Source: Oculina patagonica (lineage: Eukaryota). Taken from it: 64,000 nt of DNA. Below are positions 62,801 through 64,000 of this stretch, in pieces; the stretch's first letter is position 1, and every line of letters starts with the position of its first letter. The stretch is from NCBI RefSeq assembly GCF_052425735.1, contig NC_135771.1:4526001-4590000 (forward strand), read 5' to 3'. Below the pieces are notes generated by a model that saw nothing but the letters and a program-made list of their open reading frames with translations, made no database searches and was not told the DNA's origin. A program made the position numbers and the translations under genes.

Positions 62801-63828
62801 CCAATCAGTGTTTTCCCGCGCTTCATGCCGGCATATTTTGCTTCAAGTTTTGATTGGTTCAGTGGACTGTCCGTGTCCTTCATGATTGGCAAAAAATGAT
62901 TACTTTGGTTAGAGTTTTACAACACTGGATTGAAAACCGCTCTATGTAAACACAATAACTATAAACTGGTGATAATGTAAACGTTTCATTTTCATATCAC
63001 CAAGCATGCTGCAGTACCAGAAAGAAAAGCTGACAAACCAACAAGTACACCGTGTGTGGAAAAAACAGACAATCGGTTTTAAACAACTCTAAACAGCATC
63101 TCACCTTAATCCTGCCATAAGCTACATATGGTCTAAAGCGCAGACCCTTCGCGCTATAGGACAGGGTATAACTTTTCACCCATTGATGGGCTTCTCTCCG
63201 TCCTTGTGTAGCGATTCCTTTGATGATACTCATCTGCCTCAAGTCAATCTGTAGCCACTGCCTGTTGTTTCGATATTTTGCTACCCAGGCCCCTGTTCGT
63301 CCATGGCCGGCGTAGATGTTAAGACGTGCTCGGTCAGGTCCGTGATTGTAGTTATAAGAAGACGAGGCTCGTAGATGACCCGACAGGATACGACGGTCTT
63401 CCATACCAAGCGGCATAGTACATTTGTCTGTAAAAGCAAACATCCAATATTGATTTTAGGCGTGCAAACCAAATGTCAAATTTGAATTGACATTTTTAAA
63501 ACCTTTTTTAGAACAAATGTTAATACAAAGGTGATAGAAAAAATGATTATAAGAAAAATCTAAGCAAAGAATCTGAATTTAAAACAAACTTTCCCAAGGA
63601 TGCACATGAAAAGAATGATAATGCTAATGATGAGATGTTTGGGGGTTTTAATGCTTGTCACAAAAGTTACTCTCTTTGCTTTGTACCTGTTAGGCAACCA
63701 TAGAATTCTAATCTCATGGAGATATGTCTGTACCATCCCCATGGACGAACGCGGACGTAGCGACATCTGAGGGCAGGGATGAAAGGATGACTGACAACTG
63801 TATTCTGGTCTCGGTTGCCTGAGAAATA
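551..63828 (-). CDS. Partial giant multi-exon gene: >=35 tandem discoidin (F5/8 type C) domains followed by a VWDE-like Ig-like + VWD module; 5' and 3' ends outside window
   Basis: 80 exons with GT/AG boundaries and compatible phases. Repeated motifs C..PLG..DGR/NGRI..ASS..ARL..GAW..QWLQ.D..TQGR..QWV..Y.SYS.DG and F.GN.D..ARF.R.HP..W..HISMRVE.YGC. No start or stop exon seen between modules. Confidence 0.9.
1159..1225 (-). CDS. VWD domain exon
   Basis: 67 nt, phase 2-0; YYDILRNAGTYVMVKSLRRNFE. Confidence 0.85.
1456..1529 (-). CDS. Start of von Willebrand D domain
   Basis: 74 nt; VVTSNRGAKKCQGTGDPHYRTFDN, matching the VWD signature C...GDPHY.TFD. Confidence 0.9.
2112..2429 (-). CDS. VWDE-like region, exon 3
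   Basis: 318 nt; VHPKTLSM...LPIRC...PVRDF...FWKGYRLPPIR. Confidence 0.85.
2895..2934 (-). ncRNA. Minimal hammerhead-ribozyme-like motif (Penelope-type remnant)
   Basis: TCCC-CTGATGA-A-GACTTAAGTTTAAGCC-GAAACGTT-GGGA. Confidence 0.55.
3177..3263 (-). CDS. VWDE-like region, exon 2
   Basis: 87 nt, phase 0-0; VACRVRARYSSGKDWTMNTRSKDLFTGIK (resembles the VWDE S..FFAGIK segment). Confidence 0.8.
3633..3737 (-). mobile_element. tRNA-derived SINE head fragment
   Basis: Reverse-strand tRNA-like A/B-box sequence; related fragment at about 62555-62630. Confidence 0.5.
3797..4023 (-). CDS. VWDE-like region, exon 1
   Basis: 227 nt, phase 1-0; DYPVISRPVVRAVIKPGRGCSKVALRCYF...GFKAGTT. Confidence 0.8.
4059..4200. 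other. Assembly gap
   Basis: 142 Ns, preceded by (TCAA)n. Confidence 0.99.
4350..5697 (-). CDS. Discoidin D35 (last of the array, extra intron)
   Basis: Exons 5574-5697, 4910-5117, 4350-4491. Confidence 0.9.
6326..7305 (-). CDS. Discoidin D34
   Basis: Exons 6986-7305 and 6326-6467. Confidence 0.9.
6487..6640. repeat. (CAGT/CAAT)n microsatellite
   Basis: Tetranucleotide tandem repeat. Confidence 0.95.
7370..7761. mobile_element. Foldback MITE
   Basis: TIRs of about 60 bp (CAG.CAGCCCAAGCTT..TTTGAACTTCATGTAGCCGTCA.GGCGATTGTATTTATA) plus an internal hairpin. Confidence 0.75.
7923..9663 (-). CDS. Discoidin D33 (type 8-like, extra intron)
   Basis: Exons 9510-9663, 8911-9082, 7923-8064. Confidence 0.9.
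8287..8618. mobile_element. Tc1/mariner-like MITE
   Basis: TIRs CCGTA.AATTCCGGTTATAAGCCC, TA flanks, internal GGGCTTATA repeats. Confidence 0.8.
10073..11444 (-). CDS. Discoidin D32 (type 7-like, apparent +1 frameshift)
   Basis: Exons 11121-11444 (324 nt; 323 expected) and 10073-10214. Confidence 0.82.
10506..10752. mobile_element. MITE with 9-bp TSD (Mutator-like TSD size)
   Basis: TIRs containing GTTAGTGGGGGCGAAACGAAG; TSD AACCTCCTC at 10497-10505 and 10753-10761. Confidence 0.8.
10795..10965. mobile_element. CAGTCAAC-ended mariner-like MITE family
   Basis: TIR CAGTCAACT...AGTTGACTG, internal GTGTCCGTCTTA repeats; relatives at 24257-24339, 25531-25702, 28946-29121, 35312-35440. Confidence 0.75.
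11972..13158 (-). CDS. Discoidin D31 (position 6 of the unit)
   Basis: Exons 12827-13158 and 11972-12113. Confidence 0.9.
12471..12745 (-). mobile_element. tRNA-derived SINE
   Basis: Reverse-strand tRNA-like head (GGTTCGAACC B-box), core GTGTCTTGCCCAAGAACA and GGTACCCATTTATACACCTGGGT tail region. Confidence 0.7.
13427..14543 (-). CDS. Discoidin D30 (type 5-like)
   Basis: Exons 14242-14543 and 13427-13568. Confidence 0.9.
14100..14237. other. Assembly gap
   Basis: 138 Ns. Confidence 0.99.
14655..14695 (-). ncRNA. Second minimal hammerhead-like motif (degenerate)
   Basis: ACC-CTGATGA-T-GACTTAATTTAAGTC-GAAAAACGTT-CGGGT. Confidence 0.45.
15040..16191 (-). CDS. Discoidin D29 (type 4-like)
   Basis: Exons 15866-16191 and 15040-15181. 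Confidence 0.9.
16239..16515. repeat. Two degenerate copies of an interspersed repeat
   Basis: GTTCA..GGAT..TTATCCACTGGATAAATCGCTAT..GATAGT.ATTTATCCGG present twice. Confidence 0.55.
16697..18098 (-). CDS. Discoidin D28 (type 3-like, extra intron, apparent +1 frameshift)
   Basis: Exons 17919-18098 (180 nt; 179 expected), 17187-17330, 16697-16838. Confidence 0.82.
16922..17228. repeat. Tandem duplication (about 160 bp) including the D28 exon 3' end and donor
   Basis: GATAAGCAAGTGTTAAGTA.TTCGAGA..ACGTTACCTTGATTACTCT..TTTCTGTGTA..AACTAGAGCC present twice. Confidence 0.85.
18513..19628 (-). CDS. Discoidin D27 (type 2-like)
   Basis: Exons 19303-19628 and 18513-18654. Confidence 0.9.
20400..22399 (-). 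CDS. Discoidin D26 (type 1-like, extra intron)
   Basis: Exons 22221-22399, 21159-21302, 20400-20541. Confidence 0.9.
23124..24122 (-). CDS. Discoidin D25 (type 8)
   Basis: Exons 23797-24122 and 23124-23265. Confidence 0.9.
24763..26151 (-). CDS. Discoidin D24 (type 7, extra intron)
   Basis: Exons 26001-26151, 25258-25429, 24763-24904. Confidence 0.9.
25531..25702. mobile_element. CAGTCAAC MITE copy
   Basis: Alignable by eye to 10795-10965; TA flanks. Confidence 0.75.
27029..28667 (-). CDS. Discoidin D23 (divergent type 6)
   Basis: Exons 28360-28667 and 27029-27170. Confidence 0.9.
27495..27746. mobile_element. MITE/foldback
   Basis: TIRs ATCCACCGTA..GAAAAAGATGGC / GCCATCTTTTTCCATACGGTGGAT. 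Confidence 0.65.
27907..28326. mobile_element. Non-autonomous DNA transposon with CCCGGG(G)n ends and 8-bp TSD
   Basis: TSD AACTTCTG at 27899-27906 and 28327-28334; internal inverted ATACGGGGAGGCT motif and AAAGGGGTA repeats. Confidence 0.8.
28946..29121. mobile_element. CAGTCAA-ended MITE
   Basis: TA-CAGTCAA...TTGACTG-TA. Confidence 0.7.
29307..29850. mobile_element. PIF/Harbinger-like MITE
   Basis: Near-perfect TIR of about 45 bp, GGGCCTGTTTACATGATTCCGGAATGACTTTCATTCCGGAACGA. Confidence 0.8.
29891..31424 (-). CDS. Discoidin D22 (type 5)
   Basis: Exons 31135-31424 and 29891-30032. Confidence 0.9.
30928..31050. repeat. Palindromic interspersed repeat
   Basis: AACAGTTATTCCACTCGCGCTTG.TGGATATGA...TCATATCCAACGCGCGTTCGTGTAATAACTGTT. 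Confidence 0.65.
32106..33216 (-). CDS. Discoidin D21 (type 4)
   Basis: Exons 32891-33216 and 32106-32247. Confidence 0.92.
33891..34906 (-). CDS. Discoidin D20 (type 3)
   Basis: Exons 34584-34906 and 33891-34032. Confidence 0.92.
35520..36538 (-). CDS. Discoidin D19 (type 2, WWD)
   Basis: Exons 36210-36538 and 35520-35661. Confidence 0.92.
36801..37641 (-). CDS. Discoidin D18 (type 1)
   Basis: Exons 37319-37641 and 36801-36945. Confidence 0.92.
38054..39539 (-). CDS. Discoidin D17 (type 8)
   Basis: Exons 39214-39539 and 38054-38195. Confidence 0.92.
38367..38708. mobile_element. Kolobok-like MITE
   Basis: TTAA flanks, AG..CT termini, TIR AGATGA.TTCCAGTCCGTACTGCGCA. Confidence 0.75.
40776..41831 (-). 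CDS. Discoidin D16 (type 7)
   Basis: Exons 41509-41831 and 40776-40917. Confidence 0.92.
40993..41171. mobile_element. Kolobok-like MITE
   Basis: TTAA-AGGAGCAATGTCA ... TGACATAGCTCCT-TTAA. Confidence 0.65.
42076..42208. repeat. Hairpin repeat
   Basis: TATTGACCAAGCTTGTTCGGTCAAGATAGCTGGATA ... TATCCAGCCATCTTGACCGAACAAGCTTGGTCGATA. Confidence 0.7.
42299..43232 (-). CDS. Discoidin D15 (type 6)
   Basis: Exons 42907-43232 and 42299-42440. Confidence 0.92.
43437..44468 (-). CDS. Discoidin D14 (type 5)
   Basis: Exons 44164-44468 and 43437-43575. Confidence 0.92.
44982..46029 (-). CDS. Discoidin D13 (type 4)
   Basis: Exons 45704-46029 and 44982-45123. Confidence 0.92.
46667..47641 (-). CDS. Discoidin D12 (type 3)
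   Basis: Exons 47319-47641 and 46667-46808. Confidence 0.92.
48288..49124 (-). CDS. Discoidin D11 (type 2, WWD)
   Basis: Exons 48796-49124 and 48288-48429. Confidence 0.92.
49475..50222 (-). CDS. Discoidin D10 (type 1)
   Basis: Exons 49900-50222 and 49475-49619. Confidence 0.92.
50557..51499 (-). CDS. Discoidin D9 (type 8)
   Basis: Exons 51174-51499 and 50557-50698. Confidence 0.92.
51678..52009. mobile_element. PIF/Harbinger-like MITE
   Basis: TTA TSD; TIR AGGCCTGGCT.AA.TAGGAA. Confidence 0.75.
52393..53494 (-). CDS. Discoidin D8 (type 7)
   Basis: Exons 53172-53494 and 52393-52534. Confidence 0.92.
53708..53950. repeat. Interspersed repeat (inverted relative near 22850-23063)
   Basis: Shared ATTTTTGAC.AA.TTCGAGGTGTTT core. 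Confidence 0.6.
54161..55019 (-). CDS. Discoidin D7 (type 6)
   Basis: Exons 54694-55019 and 54161-54302. Confidence 0.92.
55081..55366. mobile_element. Harbinger-like MITE
   Basis: TIR TGG.CGTTTTCA.ACT.GA.GAC.GACAAATCGTCT. Confidence 0.7.
55784..57049 (-). CDS. Discoidin D6 (type 5)
   Basis: Exons 56745-57049 and 55784-55922. Confidence 0.92.
57543..58477 (-). CDS. Discoidin D5 (type 4)
   Basis: Exons 58152-58477 and 57543-57684. Confidence 0.92.
58805..59981 (-). CDS. Discoidin D4 (type 3)
   Basis: Exons 59659-59981 and 58805-58946. Confidence 0.92.
59365..59632. mobile_element. TAGAGCGGTTTT-ended MITE family
   Basis: Copies also at about 38938-39199, 52876-53127, 62665-62944; shared GAAAGTAATTCGC.TTTGCTTTGGTTTTGCA and GATTGG motifs. 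Confidence 0.75.
60337..61599 (-). CDS. Discoidin D3 (type 2, WWD)
   Basis: Exons 61271-61599 and 60337-60478. Confidence 0.9.
60755..61147. mobile_element. Degenerate foldback element
   Basis: Inverted arms GAGACTGCTGATGC/GCATCAGCAGTCTC, GGATTTGTAT/ATACAAATCC, TTTGCAGAA/TTCTGCAAA. Confidence 0.65.
62307..63427 (-). CDS. Discoidin D2 (type 1)
   Basis: Exons 63105-63427 and 62307-62451; DKCTMPLGMEDRRILSGHLRASS. Confidence 0.92.
63687..63828 (-). CDS. Discoidin D1 (type 8), second exon only
   Basis: 142-nt exon YFSGNRDQNTVVSHPF...HISMRLEFYGCLT. Confidence 0.9.
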
Positions 63829-64000
63829 CTAACAAGAAAGACAGAAAGGTAGTTAGCGTACATTTACGTTGAGGATCACTTTTATAACTGATAACGCCCA
63901 GACATCGTTGCTTGAAAAGGTTAGTGAGTTTGGGTCCATAACGATGTAAAACTCTAACAAAAAGGCTAAGCAAGGGCACCAGAAATAATAAGATGTTCTT

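Noticed and set aside
38054-63427. Octamer repeats as an assembly duplication artefact
   Set aside because: Equivalent exons differ at many sites and the introns are unrelated in sequence and length.
4350-63828. Cluster of separate lactadherin/EDIL3-like genes
   Set aside because: No start/signal-peptide exons, stop codons or UTR-sized spacers between domains; every B exon ends in a phase-1 donor.
1-64000. CRISPR arrays, operons, rRNA or functional tRNA genes
   Set aside because: None seen. The sequence is spliceosomal-intron eukaryotic DNA, and the tRNA-like pieces are degenerate SINE heads.

Overview
Eukaryotic, intron-rich DNA; the interspersed repeats resemble those of anthozoan/coral genomes (inference). 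The whole window is the interior of ONE giant minus-strand gene whose start and stop both lie outside the window. I reconstructed 80 GT-AG exons (16,895 nt, about 5,630 codons) with matching splice phases. Read right to left, they encode 35 tandem discoidin (F5/8 type C, FA58C) domains: 34 complete plus the second half of another. These are followed by a VWDE-like module (Ig-like region plus a von Willebrand D domain containing GDPH) that runs off the left edge. Each discoidin domain is a phase1-0-1 two-exon cassette (about 323-329 nt plus about 142 nt). The domains form a clear 8-domain higher-order repeat with nested 4- and 2-domain periodicity, and they are extremely Arg/Lys- and Tyr/Trp-rich. 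Two exons (D28, D32) carry apparent +1 frameshifts. The introns contain many MITEs/foldbacks, SINE fragments, two minimal hammerhead-ribozyme-like motifs and two assembly gaps.
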